The notes: generated by a model not told the origin, from the sequence alone. Positions 39,814 through 49,809 are shown, counted from the first letter of the stretch. The stretch: 64,000 bases of DNA from Endomicrobiia bacterium (GCA_039630545.1 JBCNUU010000002.1:95994-159993); one strand, 5' to 3'. Numbers and translations: made by a program.

Positions 39814-39816
39814 AAA

Positions 39817-40401
39817 ATGAATGAAAATTTTAAAATTTTGGATATAGGAGCTGGACCATTTAAATATCCTGGTGCGATTAGTATAGATTTTAATCCTGAA
39901 TCTAATCCTGACATATTATGGGATCTCAATAATTATCCATGGCCATTTAATGATAATGAATTTGACATGGTTTACTCTTCACACTGTTTAGAACATTTAA
40001 ACAATACAAAAAAAGCATTAGAAGAAATATGGCGAATATCTAAACCAAATGCTCTTGTAATAGTGAAACTTCCTCATTTTAGTAGTCGTCTTGCCTGGTG
40101 GGATTGTGAACATACGAGGGCTTTTTCTTCAGGTTTGTTTCATAGTTTTAGTGATGAATATAAAAAACTTTTTAAAACACCTGCTAAGTTTGAAGTGAAA
40201 AAAATAAGGTTTTGTTGGTCTCCACCTATAAGGAATGGTTTAGCAACTAAAACTACCAAAAAGTTGAATTTAATTATTCGTTTTTTAGATAGTGTGATTT
40301 CAGGTCTTGCAAACTTAAATATAGACATATGTGAAAGATTTTGGTGCTATTGGGTGGGAGGAATTGGTGAGATACAATTTTATGTGAGAGTTATAAAATG
40401 A
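39817..40401 (+). CDS. SAM-dependent methyltransferase (type 11-like)
   Basis: LDIGAG, DL...PWPF.DNEFD, SH.LEH, EIWRI.KP. Confidence 0.88.
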   Translation: MNENFKILDIGAGPFKYPGAISIDFNPESNPDILWDLNNYPWPFNDNEFDMVYSSHCLEHLNNTKKALEEIWRISKPNALVIVKLPHFSSRLAWWDCEHTRAFSSGLFHSFSDEYKKLFKTPAKFEVKKIRFCWSPPIRNGLATKTTKKLNLIIRFLDSVISGLANLNIDICERFWCYWVGGIGEIQFYVRVIK

Positions 40402-40598
40402 AGAAAGTAATGTTGATATCACCACAATATAACTACCTTTAATATGAAAAAATGTATTCTTTGGGTAGCTTATTGCTTTTAGGAACATTATTACTTAATA
40501 AAAGTTATGATGTAAAATGTATGCTATAATATATGGGAGCTGATATAATTAAATAAAAAAATCAAAGCATTTCATGTCTGTTAGTGCTGGCATTGTAG
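40398..40598 (+). pseudogene. Decayed 5' remnant of a probable B12-binding radical SAM gene
   Basis: ATGA-coupled to the methyltransferase stop; MKKVMLISPQYNYL*YEKMYSLGSLLLLGTLLLNKSYDVKC resembles the N-terminus of the 37289 protein; three internal TAA codons. Confidence 0.6.
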
Positions 40599-40633
40599 TA
40601 AATTCTTTTTAAATAAATATATCAAGGGTTTAA

Positions 40634-42883
40634 ATGAAAGCCAAACAGAAAAATAATAATTTGAAAAGCAGGGTTAGTTTTTGGGTAATATTTTTAGGAT
40701 TTATGATATGGGTGTATTTAATATTTATAAAAAGCAGATATTTTAATTATATGCCTTTACCTTTTACTACAACTGGATTATTAAAAAATTTTATTTTTTT
40801 ATTTGATTTTAATAAATTCAAATTATTATTTGGAAGCTTATTGGTGGCATTTTTAATAATTTTGTCCTGTCTTGGTTATGGTATTTTTGTTTGTAAATTG
40901 TTTAGGTTGTTGAATAAAAAATTAATTTTAAATTTAATTTTAGGTTGTGGTGTTTTTGCACTAATTATATTTATGTGTGGTTTAGTTGGGTTAATATATA
41001 AATTTACATTTTTGTTGCTGGTAATTATAGGTCTTATTATAGCAATTATCCATACACATAAAATTTTTATTAAAGAGAAAATTTTTTTTCCTAAATTTAA
41101 TTTTTTTGAAATAATTTTGTTTTTTATTTTTTTATGCGCAGTATTTATAAATCTTCTTGGTGCTTTGACTCCAGAAACATTTTTTGATTCACAATTTTAT
41201 CTTTTAGGTTTACTTAATCAATGGAAGTTACAACATAAAATAACGTTTAATCCTTATATTTTCTCATCACTTTATCCTTTTAATATAAATATGCTTTATT
41301 TAGTTGGTTTAGAATTAAATAATGATATAACTGCAAAACTTATGCATTGGAGTTTTGGTATCATTAGTTGTTTACTTCTTTATGCCTTTTTAAAACAATA
41401 TTTTTCAAATACAACAGTACTATTATCAATCATAATTTTTTATACAGTTCCAACAGTAATGGCTGTTTCCTGGAAAACAGCTATTGAACTTGGTATTACA
41501 ATGTTTGATACAGCAATGGTTTTATGTATGCTTGAGTATTTTATAAAGAAAGAAAAATTCTGGTTAGTACTTTCCGGGGTGTTTGGAGGATTTGCTTTAG
41601 GAAGTAAATATTTATCTTTATTAGAGTGTTTTTCTATATGTATAGTTTTTTTTATATTTAAGCTAATATTAGAGAAAGACAGGTTTTTTATTACATTAAA
41701 AACTTTTCTTTATTTTCTGTTTCCTTTAGTATTAATTGCTTCTCCATGGTATCTAAGAAATTTGATTTTGACAGGAAATCCGATATTTCCTTTTTTTGCG
41801 CATAAAATTGGATTAATTAAACCTAGAATTATAGGTAATATATTTGCAGATCCTCCTCATCCTGAGTTTTCTTTTAAAAATTACTTTCTATTCTTATGGC
41901 CGTTAACTTTAGGTCAACTTCAACAAGAAAGTTATCCAGGAGGAGTATTTTTGACTTTTTTTCCACTGCTTTTTATATTTAAAAATATTGATAAGAAAAT
42001 AAAATTTTTAAGCATGTATGTGCTGATGTGTCTTTTATTGTGGATCCCTTTAGGTAGATTTTATTTGCGATATTTTATACCTGTTTTGCCAGTAGTTGGT
42101 ATTTTATATGGATATTTTATTTCAGAAAATAATTTTCCCAAAATGCTAAAAAATATTATTTATTTATCTTTATTATTTATCGTTATATCAAACATGAATT
42201 TCGCAATGCGTATTTTACATGTGACACAAACACCTTCACAATTTGTTTTTACTGATATGAGCATTAAAGAATATTTGTCTACACAACGACCATCATATCC
42301 ATGTCCTTATTATCAAGTTGCCGATTGGATTAACAAAAATCTTTCAAAAGATTCTACTATTTTACTTTTAGGTGAAACAAGAGGATTATTTTTTAAAAGA
42401 AAATTTTTTACCCATGGTGTTTTGGAATATTCTCCATTGTTAGAAATGTTAAAAAAAATAAAAACTCCAGAGGAGTTATATGAGGAATTTAAAAAGAAAA
42501 ATATTACTCATATCTTACTTAATGTACCAGAAGCAAAACGATTAGCTGGTTATGATAATTTTTATTTTGAACAAGAAGAATTCAAAATATGGTGTAAGTT
42601 TTGGAATAAGTATATAAAAGAAATCTATCGTGATATCGCAGACATTGCGTTGCCAGAGCGAGGGATTTATTCTATGAAAAAACAGCTTCCTCAGTGGTGG
42701 CAACAATACTCTTCAGATCCAGCAAACTATGTTTATTTGTATGAGATAATTCCAAAGGATCAAGCCGAGAACAAAAAACACAAACCACCTTACAATTTTT
42801 TCTTACATAAAGAGTTATATTCCCAGGAAAGATGGGAAAAAATTAAAAATGTAGTTGAAGAAATTATAAAAGATAATAATTAA
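40634..42883 (+). CDS. Polytopic GT-C-like (ArnT/PMT-like) membrane glycosyltransferase
   Basis: More than 10 TM helices, P..FD...Y.L loop, G.ALGSKY, PWYLRN...GNP.FPF, RYFIP. Confidence 0.7.
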   Translation: MKAKQKNNNLKSRVSFWVIFLGFMIWVYLIFIKSRYFNYMPLPFTTTGLLKNFIFLFDFNKFKLLFGSLLVAFLIILSCLGYGIFVCKLFRLLNKKLILNLILGCGVFALIIFMCGLVGLIYKFTFLLLVIIGLIIAIIHTHKIFIKEKIFFPKFNFFEIILFFIFLCAVFINLLGALTPETFFDSQFYLLGLLNQWKLQHKITFNPYIFSSLYPFNINMLYLVGLELNNDITAKLMHWSFGIISCLLLYAFLKQYFSNTTVLLSIIIFYTVPTVMAVSWKTAIELGITMFDTAMVLCMLEYFIKKEKFWLVLSGVFGGFALGSKYLSLLECFSICIVFFIFKLILEKDRFFITLKTFLYFLFPLVLIASPWYLRNLILTGNPIFPFFAHKIGLIKPRIIGNIFADPPHPEFSFKNYFLFLWPLTLGQLQQESYPGGVFLTFFPLLFIFKNIDKKIKFLSMYVLMCLLLWIPLGRFYLRYFIPVLPVVGILYGYFISENNFPKMLKNIIYLSLLFIVISNMNFAMRILHVTQTPSQFVFTDMSIKEYLSTQRPSYPCPYYQVADWINKNLSKDSTILLLGETRGLFFKRKFFTHGVLEYSPLLEMLKKIKTPEELYEEFKKKNITHILLNVPEAKRLAGYDNFYFEQEEFKIWCKFWNKYIKEIYRDIADIALPERGIYSMKKQLPQWWQQYSSDPANYVYLYEIIPKDQAENKKHKPPYNFFLHKELYSQERWEKIKNVVEEIIKDNN

Positions 42884-42900
42884 GCAATTCTGAAATTGTG

Positions 42901-43605
42901 TTAAATAATTAAAAGTTCATTCTGTTTTAAAAGTTTCCAGTGTAAATTAACATCAATAATTTCTGAGCAAATTATCGTTGAATTACCAAATTTTGCTGTA
43001 TATAGAGTATAATATCTTGGTTCTTTTGTATAATCTCTATAAATAAATACTCTTTTTCCATCAGCGATCACACAGTTTAAAGAAGAGTAGTTACAGTGTT
43101 GTTTTATAGTATTGACTGCTTTTAGAATTGAAGTTTCTAACTTTTTTGTTTCTATGAAGTAGCTTATTATAAGATAAAAAAAAATTTCTGAATCTAACTT
43201 CTTTCTAAGAGAGGTTTTGTTTATATTTATATAATGCGTAAGATCTCTATAGTTAAAAATTGTACCATTGTGGGCAAAAATTAAATTTTTATATAGAAAT
43301 GGGTGAGAGTTATCAATATAGTTAGTATTTTCCCAGGCAGATTTTCTTAAATGAATTAATAGAATTTTAGTAATGTTTATTTTATCAATTATTTTGTTAA
43401 ATATATCTAACTCATCTAATATAGAGTTTGCACTCTTATAAAGTTCTGGATGAGTATTTTTATAATAACCTACCCCCCAGCCGTCTAAATGACCAGGTGG
43501 ATTGTTTTTAGGAACTTTTCCTGTTAAAGCGAGCTTGATAAAATTATTTACGATATTATTATGTTTTTTTTTAGAAAAATTTTTTATTGCTAATATTCTA
43601 CACAT
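42901..43605 (-). CDS. Class II glutamine amidotransferase/Ntn hydrolase (YafJ/EgtC-like)
   Basis: N-terminal MCR (Cys nucleophile), H.DGWG..YY, H.RK, N.HPF, FAHNGTI, DSE. Confidence 0.9.
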   Translation of the reverse strand: MCRILAIKNFSKKKHNNIVNNFIKLALTGKVPKNNPPGHLDGWGVGYYKNTHPELYKSANSILDELDIFNKIIDKINITKILLIHLRKSAWENTNYIDNSHPFLYKNLIFAHNGTIFNYRDLTHYININKTSLRKKLDSEIFFYLIISYFIETKKLETSILKAVNTIKQHCNYSSLNCVIADGKRVFIYRDYTKEPRYYTLYTAKFGNSTIICSEIIDVNLHWKLLKQNELLII

Positions 43606-43606
43606 T

Positions 43607-44137
43607 TTAAAACATAAATAGTCTTACAATAATAATTGCTATAATTATTCCTACAAAGTCAGCTAAAAGACATACAGGTATTAGGTATTTAGTCTTTTTT
43701 ATACCTGCAGCGCCTAAATATACTGCTAATACATAAAAAGTTGTTTCTGCAGAACCCATAATTACAGCGGAAATTTTTGACGCTAATGAATCAGGTCCTG
43801 TTGTTTTTACAATGTCAGTAAATACAGTTAAAGAAGCACTTCCTGAGAGAGGTTTTATTACAGCCATAGCAAACACTTCTGCAGGTATACCTAAAAAATT
43901 AAATACAGGACTAAAAATCATTTTTATATAATCAAACAGTCCTGATGCCTGGAAGATTTTTATTGCAGTAAATATGGTTAATATATAAGGAAAAATTCTA
44001 AATATCACTTCAAAACTTTGTTTAGCTCCAAGAACAAAAGACTCGTATACTTTAACTTTTTTTATGTAGCCATAAACTATAGCAAAAATTAAAAATACAG
44101 GTATAATAAGCTGCGATACCAAATGGATAACTTTCAT
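43607..44137 (-). CDS. spmB: SpmB-like nucleoside-recognition (Gate) membrane protein
   Basis: KV.VYE.FV.GAK, KPLSGS.S, GPDS, GSAETTFYVLAVY.G. Confidence 0.9.
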   Translation of the reverse strand: MKVIHLVSQLIIPVFLIFAIVYGYIKKVKVYESFVLGAKQSFEVIFRIFPYILTIFTAIKIFQASGLFDYIKMIFSPVFNFLGIPAEVFAMAVIKPLSGSASLTVFTDIVKTTGPDSLASKISAVIMGSAETTFYVLAVYLGAAGIKKTKYLIPVCLLADFVGIIIAIIIVRLFMF

Positions 44138-44142
44138 ATGAA

Positions 44143-44730
44143 TTAATTTCTTTTATTTTCGTAGAATTTTTTAAATATAAATAAAATCAACACAGCAAAA
44201 ATTGCTGAAATAAATGTTGAAAGAATTGTAGGTAATACAACAGCTGTAGGAGAATTTGAACCATATTCTGATAAAATTCCAACTACGCTAAAGGGTATTA
44301 ATTGGATACTAGCAGTATTTATTACTATAAACAACATCATTTCGAAAGTAATTGTGTCCTTTTCTTCATTAAGAGTTTGTAGATCATTCATAGCTTTTAT
44401 TCCCAAAGGAGTTGCAGCGTTACCTAAACCAAAAAAATTTGCTAAAAGATTTAAAGTAATTGAAGTAATAGATGGATGTTCTTTTGGTATTTTTTTGAAA
44501 AGTTTAGATATAAAAGGAGTAAAAAATTTTGATATGTGTTTTATTAAGCCAGAATCTTCCAAAATTTTTGTTATTCCTAACCATACTGCAACTATACCTA
44601 AAAGGTAAAGTGATACTTCCGTTGCAAGTTTTGCTGCCTCAAAGATAGCTTTTGTAGTCATTTCTGCTTTGTTTGTAAGAATTGCAAAAATTAGACTAAG
44701 GGTTGTTATTATAAACCATATTGTATTCAT
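44143..44730 (-). CDS. spmA: SpmA-like nucleoside-recognition (Gate) membrane protein
   Basis: MN.IW, WLG..KI.E.SGL, ANFFGLGNAATPLGIKAM..LQ.LN, INTASIQLIP. Confidence 0.92.
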   Translation of the reverse strand: MNTIWFIITTLSLIFAILTNKAEMTTKAIFEAAKLATEVSLYLLGIVAVWLGITKILEDSGLIKHISKFFTPFISKLFKKIPKEHPSITSITLNLLANFFGLGNAATPLGIKAMNDLQTLNEEKDTITFEMMLFIVINTASIQLIPFSVVGILSEYGSNSPTAVVLPTILSTFISAIFAVLILFIFKKFYENKRN

Positions 44731-45584
44731 GTTTGTGGGAGATTTAATTCTTTTATAACTAAAGATTTTTTATAAGTATTGAGTTCAACTTTTGCTCCTA
44801 TAGGCAAAGTTAATTTATCATCTGTATGCCCAATGTTATTACAAAATACAACTGGATATTTTGGTTTTATTTGAGTTGTAATTATTTTATATACATCCTC
44901 TACATTTAATCCTCTAAAATTACCTAAAATTAGTCCTTTAATATCATTCAATTTTCTGGTTAAAATTAATTGAGTAATGGCTCTGTCTACTTTATAGAGA
45001 GGTTCATCCACTTCTTCTAAAAATAAAATACTATTTTTAAATGTAATCTCCCATGGTGTGCCAATTAGAGAGACAACTGTAATAAGGTTTCCGCCTTTTA
45101 AAAATCCTTCTGTTATGCCGTGATTGTATACTTTAATTCTTGTTGAGGAGAATAGGTTTTTGTTGGGAAAGTGATTTATAGCATTTATAAAAGAATTCTT
45201 TGTGAATTCTGTAAGGTTGGAAAAATTGATAACCATAGGGGAATGTAGAGTTGTAATTTTTGTTTTTTCATAAATTACATTCAAAAGCACAGATAAATCA
45301 CTAAAACCAGCAAAAATTTTAGGGTTCTTTTTTATTATATTAAAATCTATATGAGGCAGCAACTTTAAACAACCATATCCACCTCTTTGTGCAAGAATTA
45401 TATTTGCCTTTTTATTTAAAAAAGCCTGATGTAGCTGATTTACTTTTTGTTTGAGTGTAAGTGGACTGAAAAAAGAGTTTTCATTTATTATTTCAAATCC
45501 CAGTTTTTTTAATGTATTTATACCTTTATATAGAAGTTTTTTTTTCTCTGTTCTCCAGGCCGGTGTTATTACAAAAATTTTCAT
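44727..45584 (-). CDS. ldcA: LD-carboxypeptidase (peptidase S66)
   Basis: RGGYG, GFSD, GGNL, LFLEEV.E, GH..LTLPIG; Ser-Glu-His triad motifs. Confidence 0.9.
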   Translation of the reverse strand: MKIFVITPAWRTEKKKLLYKGINTLKKLGFEIINENSFFSPLTLKQKVNQLHQAFLNKKANIILAQRGGYGCLKLLPHIDFNIIKKNPKIFAGFSDLSVLLNVIYEKTKITTLHSPMVINFSNLTEFTKNSFINAINHFPNKNLFSSTRIKVYNHGITEGFLKGGNLITVVSLIGTPWEITFKNSILFLEEVDEPLYKVDRAITQLILTRKLNDIKGLILGNFRGLNVEDVYKIITTQIKPKYPVVFCNNIGHTDDKLTLPIGAKVELNTYKKSLVIKELNLPQT

Positions 45585-45607
45585 TCCAGGCGATTTTTAT
45601 TTATAGA

Positions 45608-46747
45608 TTACTTATATTTTATTTGTACAATGCTTGATAAAAAAGCGCCAAAAATAGTTTGAATTCCCATTGCAGAAATCATTAAAGAAAAAATACCTAA
45701 TCTTAACTCTTCTAAAGGACCAAAGTTTGTTTTGGCCCAGATATATACTATGTATCCCAATCCAGAAATACCAAATAAAAACAAGATTATTCCAAAAGTT
45801 AATGCTTTTTCAAGGGTTAAAAATTCTAAAAGTTTTTTTATGATTTTATTTTCTTCAAGACCGATACTGTGAGTAAATGCTTTTGCAGAAAACCAGATAT
45901 TGAAAATTTGCCATCCTATAAGAGCAACAGTGGATGAAAAGAATAATACATGTACACCCCATGTTCTTCCTAATAATGAGAGATAACCTTTTAATAAGAT
46001 TGAAATAGAAACAAAAAGTCCACTTATTAACAATATACTCGCGGGAAGCAAAAATAAATAATCAGGACTATAAAGAAGCATGAATCTTATGTGTCTCCAT
46101 GCATCTCGAAAAGATGAAAGTTTTGATTTACCTAATCTTGGATAGTAAGTTATAGGGATTTCTGTGATTTTTAATTTCTTTTTTAATGCATGTATTACCA
46201 TTTCGGAGGCAAACTCCATTCCAGTAGTTTTTAAATTCATTTTTATATAAGCTTCTTTTTTAAAAGCTCTTAAACCGCAATGAGCATCTGAAATGTTGCC
46301 ACCAAATAATATCCTTAACATACCAGAAAGAACAGGATTGCCTATATACTTATGCGACCAACTCATTGCCCCTTTAAGTATTTTTCCTTTAAATCTTGAA
46401 CCTATTACTAAATCATAAGTTTCTTTGAGTTTTTCTAAAAATTTAGGAATTTCGTAAAAATCATAAGTGTTGTCGGCGTCACCCATGACGATATACTCAC
46501 CTTCTGCGTTTTCTATGCCTTTTCTTAAAGCTGCACCATAACCTTTTTGTGATTCGAATAACAGTTTCACATCTTTATGTTTTTTTACAATTTCTATGCT
46601 TTTATCTGTTGAACCGTTGTCTACTACAATGATTTCGCCCTGTATATTTTCTTTTTCAAAAACATCTTTTATTTTTTTAATGCATGTTTCTATAGATTCT
46701 TCTTCATTTAAACATGGTAATACTACAGAAACTTCTATTTTTTTCAT
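45608..46747 (-). CDS. GT2 polyprenol-phosphate glycosyltransferase with C-terminal TM helices
   Basis: PCLNEE, DNGSTD, GYG.A, DAD.TY, SDAHCG.RAF, GMEFASEM. Confidence 0.9.
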   Translation of the reverse strand: MKKIEVSVVLPCLNEEESIETCIKKIKDVFEKENIQGEIIVVDNGSTDKSIEIVKKHKDVKLLFESQKGYGAALRKGIENAEGEYIVMGDADNTYDFYEIPKFLEKLKETYDLVIGSRFKGKILKGAMSWSHKYIGNPVLSGMLRILFGGNISDAHCGLRAFKKEAYIKMNLKTTGMEFASEMVIHALKKKLKITEIPITYYPRLGKSKLSSFRDAWRHIRFMLLYSPDYLFLLPASILLISGLFVSISILLKGYLSLLGRTWGVHVLFFSSTVALIGWQIFNIWFSAKAFTHSIGLEENKIIKKLLEFLTLEKALTFGIILFLFGISGLGYIVYIWAKTNFGPLEELRLGIFSLMISAMGIQTIFGAFLSSIVQIKYK

Positions 46748-46900
46748 TTCTTTTCAGGTTTTGTAAAAAATATGTTAAAAATAATTATAAAATAACTTGA
46801 AATAAATTCAATGGTTAAAAGCATTTTTTCTAAAATATTGATTTTACAATACTAATTAGTTATTTTTATTAAGAATTATTTTTAAAAAGGAGGAAAAATC

Positions 46901-47218
46901 ATGTACGGCGTAGTAGAAGTTGGAGGAAAACAATATATAGTAGGTGTTGGTGATACTATAATCATTGAAAAAATAAATGCAGATAAAAATACTGAATACG
47001 TTATTGATAAAGTATTACTTGTAAAAACAGATGATGGAGAAATAAAATTGGGCACCCCTTATTTAGAAAATGCAAAAGTTGTTACAGAAGTTATAGATCA
47101 AGTTAAAAGCAAAAAAATAATTGTATTGCGTAAGGGTAATCCTAAAAAAAATTGGAAAAGAAAGTATGGACACAGACAACAGCTTACTTTACTTAAAATA
47201 AAACAGATAATTTGTTGA
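46901..47218 (+). CDS. rplU: 50S ribosomal protein L21
   Basis: MY.VVE.GGKQY.V, G.PY, GHRQ..T; AGGAGG RBS. Confidence 0.97.
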   Translation: MYGVVEVGGKQYIVGVGDTIIIEKINADKNTEYVIDKVLLVKTDDGEIKLGTPYLENAKVVTEVIDQVKSKKIIVLRKGNPKKNWKRKYGHRQQLTLLKIKQIIC

Positions 47219-47238
47219 ATAAAAGGTTTAATACTTAT

Positions 47239-48921
47239 ATGAAAGATGATATAAAAGAAGAATATACAGAATCTCTTGTTTCTGACAAAGTTTATGAATT
47301 TGCAAAAAATATAAAGGCAGGAGACATAGTTGAAGGTAAGATTATTGATATCGCTTCTAATGGGGTATATGTAGATATTGGTACAAAAACAGATGGGTTA
47401 ATACCAATAAATGAATTTGAAGGAGCAAAAGAAGTATATAGACAATTAAGACCTCACCAGACAATAAAAGTATTAATAGTCAAATTAGATTATAATAATC
47501 TTCATATCTTATCTTATAAAAAAGCAAAAGAAGTAGATATGTTTGAATATTTACAGAAGCAATATAAAGAAAAACTGCCGATAGATAGTCAGATATTATC
47601 AAAGGTCAAAAATGGATACTTGGTAGATATAGGAGGAATAGAAGCTTTATTACCTTATAAAGAAATTGGTGAGAATTTAAAAGAAAAAGTATCTTTAGAA
47701 AAATTTAAAGATTCAAGTTTTAAAGTTATTATAAAAGAAATTACAGGAGAACCTGGTAAAAATTTAAAAGTTGTAGTGTCAAATAAAATTTATGAAGAAA
47801 TTTTAAAAGAAGAAAAAAGACAGAAAATGTTGTCTACTCTAAAAGAAGGTGATGAAGTGATAGCAGAAGTAAAATCTTTAACTTCTTTTGGAGCATTTGT
47901 TGATATAGATGGTTTGGAAGCATTATTGCATATAAGTAATATAGCCTGGTATAAATTAAAACATCCTCAAGAAATTTTAAGATGTGGTGATAAAATAAAG
48001 GTAAAAGTTTTAAAGATAGAAAAAGAAACAGGAAAGGTATCTGTTGGATTAAAACAACTTTTTCCTTATCCATGGGATGAAGTAGATAGTAAATATTTTG
48101 TAGGAAAAATAGTTAAATGTAAGGTTACAAATATTACAGATTTTGGCCTATTTGTGGAAGTTGAACCTGGTATAGAGGGATTAATTCATATTTCAGAGGT
48201 TAGCTGGACACAAAAAAATCCAGATCTTAAAAAGATGTTTAAGATAGATCAACAACTTCAAGCAAAAATTTTAGAAATAAATAAAGAAAAAGAAAGGATG
48301 TCTCTTTCATTAAAAAAAGTATCCTATAATCCATGGGAAGAAATAAAAAATCAGTATCCAGCCGGTAGTATTCACAAGGGAAAGATTGTAAAAATTACAC
48401 CTAATGGAATTTTTGTTACTATAAAAGATGAATTTTGTGGTTTTGTACACATTTCAGATATTTCATGGACATCTAGAATTACAGACTTACATCGGCTTTA
48501 TAAAGTTGGTCAGAATATAGAATATAAAGTTTTAGATATTATACCGGAACAAGAAAAAGCAATGTTATCTATTAAACATCTAAAAGAAAATCCTTATGAA
48601 AAATACATTGTAGATAATATAGTGAGATGTAAAGTCAAAAAAGTGTTAAGTAGTGCGTTAATAGTGGAATTAGAAAAAGAAATTGAAGGTATAATTTCAA
48701 AAAAAGAAGCCTTACCTAATGAAAAAGACCTTTCTAAAGATTTAAAGCTATTCTATAAACCAGGTCAGGAGATTGAAGCTGTGGTTATACTTTCTGATGA
48801 AAAAAAGCGTAGAATAGAATTGTCAGTAAAAAAATTAGAAAAAATTATTCAAAAACAACTTATTAAAAAATATTCCCAGGTTCAACTTCCTACATTAAAA
48901 GATATACTCGCTGAAGAATAG
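47239..48921 (+). CDS. rpsA: 30S ribosomal protein S1 (tandem S1 domains)
   Basis: Repeats FGAFVDI..LLHIS.I.W, FG.FVE...IEGLIHISEVSW; probable ATG at 47239. Confidence 0.93.
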   Translation: MKDDIKEEYTESLVSDKVYEFAKNIKAGDIVEGKIIDIASNGVYVDIGTKTDGLIPINEFEGAKEVYRQLRPHQTIKVLIVKLDYNNLHILSYKKAKEVDMFEYLQKQYKEKLPIDSQILSKVKNGYLVDIGGIEALLPYKEIGENLKEKVSLEKFKDSSFKVIIKEITGEPGKNLKVVVSNKIYEEILKEEKRQKMLSTLKEGDEVIAEVKSLTSFGAFVDIDGLEALLHISNIAWYKLKHPQEILRCGDKIKVKVLKIEKETGKVSVGLKQLFPYPWDEVDSKYFVGKIVKCKVTNITDFGLFVEVEPGIEGLIHISEVSWTQKNPDLKKMFKIDQQLQAKILEINKEKERMSLSLKKVSYNPWEEIKNQYPAGSIHKGKIVKITPNGIFVTIKDEFCGFVHISDISWTSRITDLHRLYKVGQNIEYKVLDIIPEQEKAMLSIKHLKENPYEKYIVDNIVRCKVKKVLSSALIVELEKEIEGIISKKEALPNEKDLSKDLKLFYKPGQEIEAVVILSDEKKRRIELSVKKLEKIIQKQLIKKYSQVQLPTLKDILAEE

Positions 48922-48945
48922 TTTTATGTGTTATATGAATAGTAT

Positions 48946-49809
48946 ATGAAGAGATTTTTTTTATTTTGTTCTTTTTTTATATTGTTTATAGGAGCTATAT
49001 TGTTAATTATCTTTAATAACAAGTCAAAAAAAGTTTTTTTTCCAAGAGAAAATGAAATTAAAATGTTAAGTGAAACTAAAATTGAACAGGAGATTGAAAG
49101 ATTATCTCAGCAGCTAAAAAAAAATAATAATATCCAAGATATGGTGGAATTAGGAATATATTATTTTATTAAAGGGCCTCAGTATTATGATAAGTCAATA
49201 AATCTTCTTCATGATGCTTGGAAGTTAGGATCCACTGATACTAGAATTTTTTATTATCTTGGATGTATGTATGAATTTCTTAAACTCTATGAATTAGCTG
49301 CTATAGAATATATTAGATTTTTAAATAATTATCCAGAAGACATAGAAGTTCTTTTAAGATTGGCTAATGTTTATTATAAAAACGACAAAATAGAAGAAGC
49401 AAAAAATATTTATGCCAAAGTTATACAGATAGATAAAGAAAATATTGTGGCACTTGCTAATTTAGGATACATCTTTTTTAATCAGAGTGAGTACTTATTG
49501 TCACAGAATTATTTCGATAAAGTACTTAAAATAGTTAAGAAAAAAAATTTAGAAGTTCCAAGAAATATAAATTTTTATTTAGGTAAAATATTTTACTTTA
49601 ACAAAAATTTTGAAACAGCTAAAATTTATTTTGAACAAGAAAAAGAAAAATATCCTGATAATGTTGAGAATTCTATATACTTAGCTAAAACATATTATGA
49701 ATTAAAGGATTTCAAAGAATCTTATTTGTTATTAAAAGAATTAATAGAAATTTATCCTAATGATAAAGATATAAAACGACTGAAATACAAATTAGAAAAA
49801 ATGTTGTAG
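48946..49809 (+). CDS. Membrane-anchored TPR protein
   Basis: N-terminal TM helix; repeated YYLG/LA.VY/NLG/YLG/YLA TPR motifs. Confidence 0.8.
   Translation: MKRFFLFCSFFILFIGAILLIIFNNKSKKVFFPRENEIKMLSETKIEQEIERLSQQLKKNNNIQDMVELGIYYFIKGPQYYDKSINLLHDAWKLGSTDTRIFYYLGCMYEFLKLYELAAIEYIRFLNNYPEDIEVLLRLANVYYKNDKIEEAKNIYAKVIQIDKENIVALANLGYIFFNQSEYLLSQNYFDKVLKIVKKKNLEVPRNINFYLGKIFYFNKNFETAKIYFEQEKEKYPDNVENSIYLAKTYYELKDFKESYLLLKELIEIYPNDKDIKRLKYKLEKML

Noticed and set aside
42884..42900. Bidirectional terminator between convergent genes
   Set aside because: The CAATT/AATTG stem is short and AT-only, with no convincing U-tract.
43607..44730. Evidence of endospore formation (spmA/spmB, also SpoIID and YtxH)
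   Set aside because: These families are widespread in non-sporulating bacteria; no sporulation-specific genes are present and the LPS-type GT9 points elsewhere.
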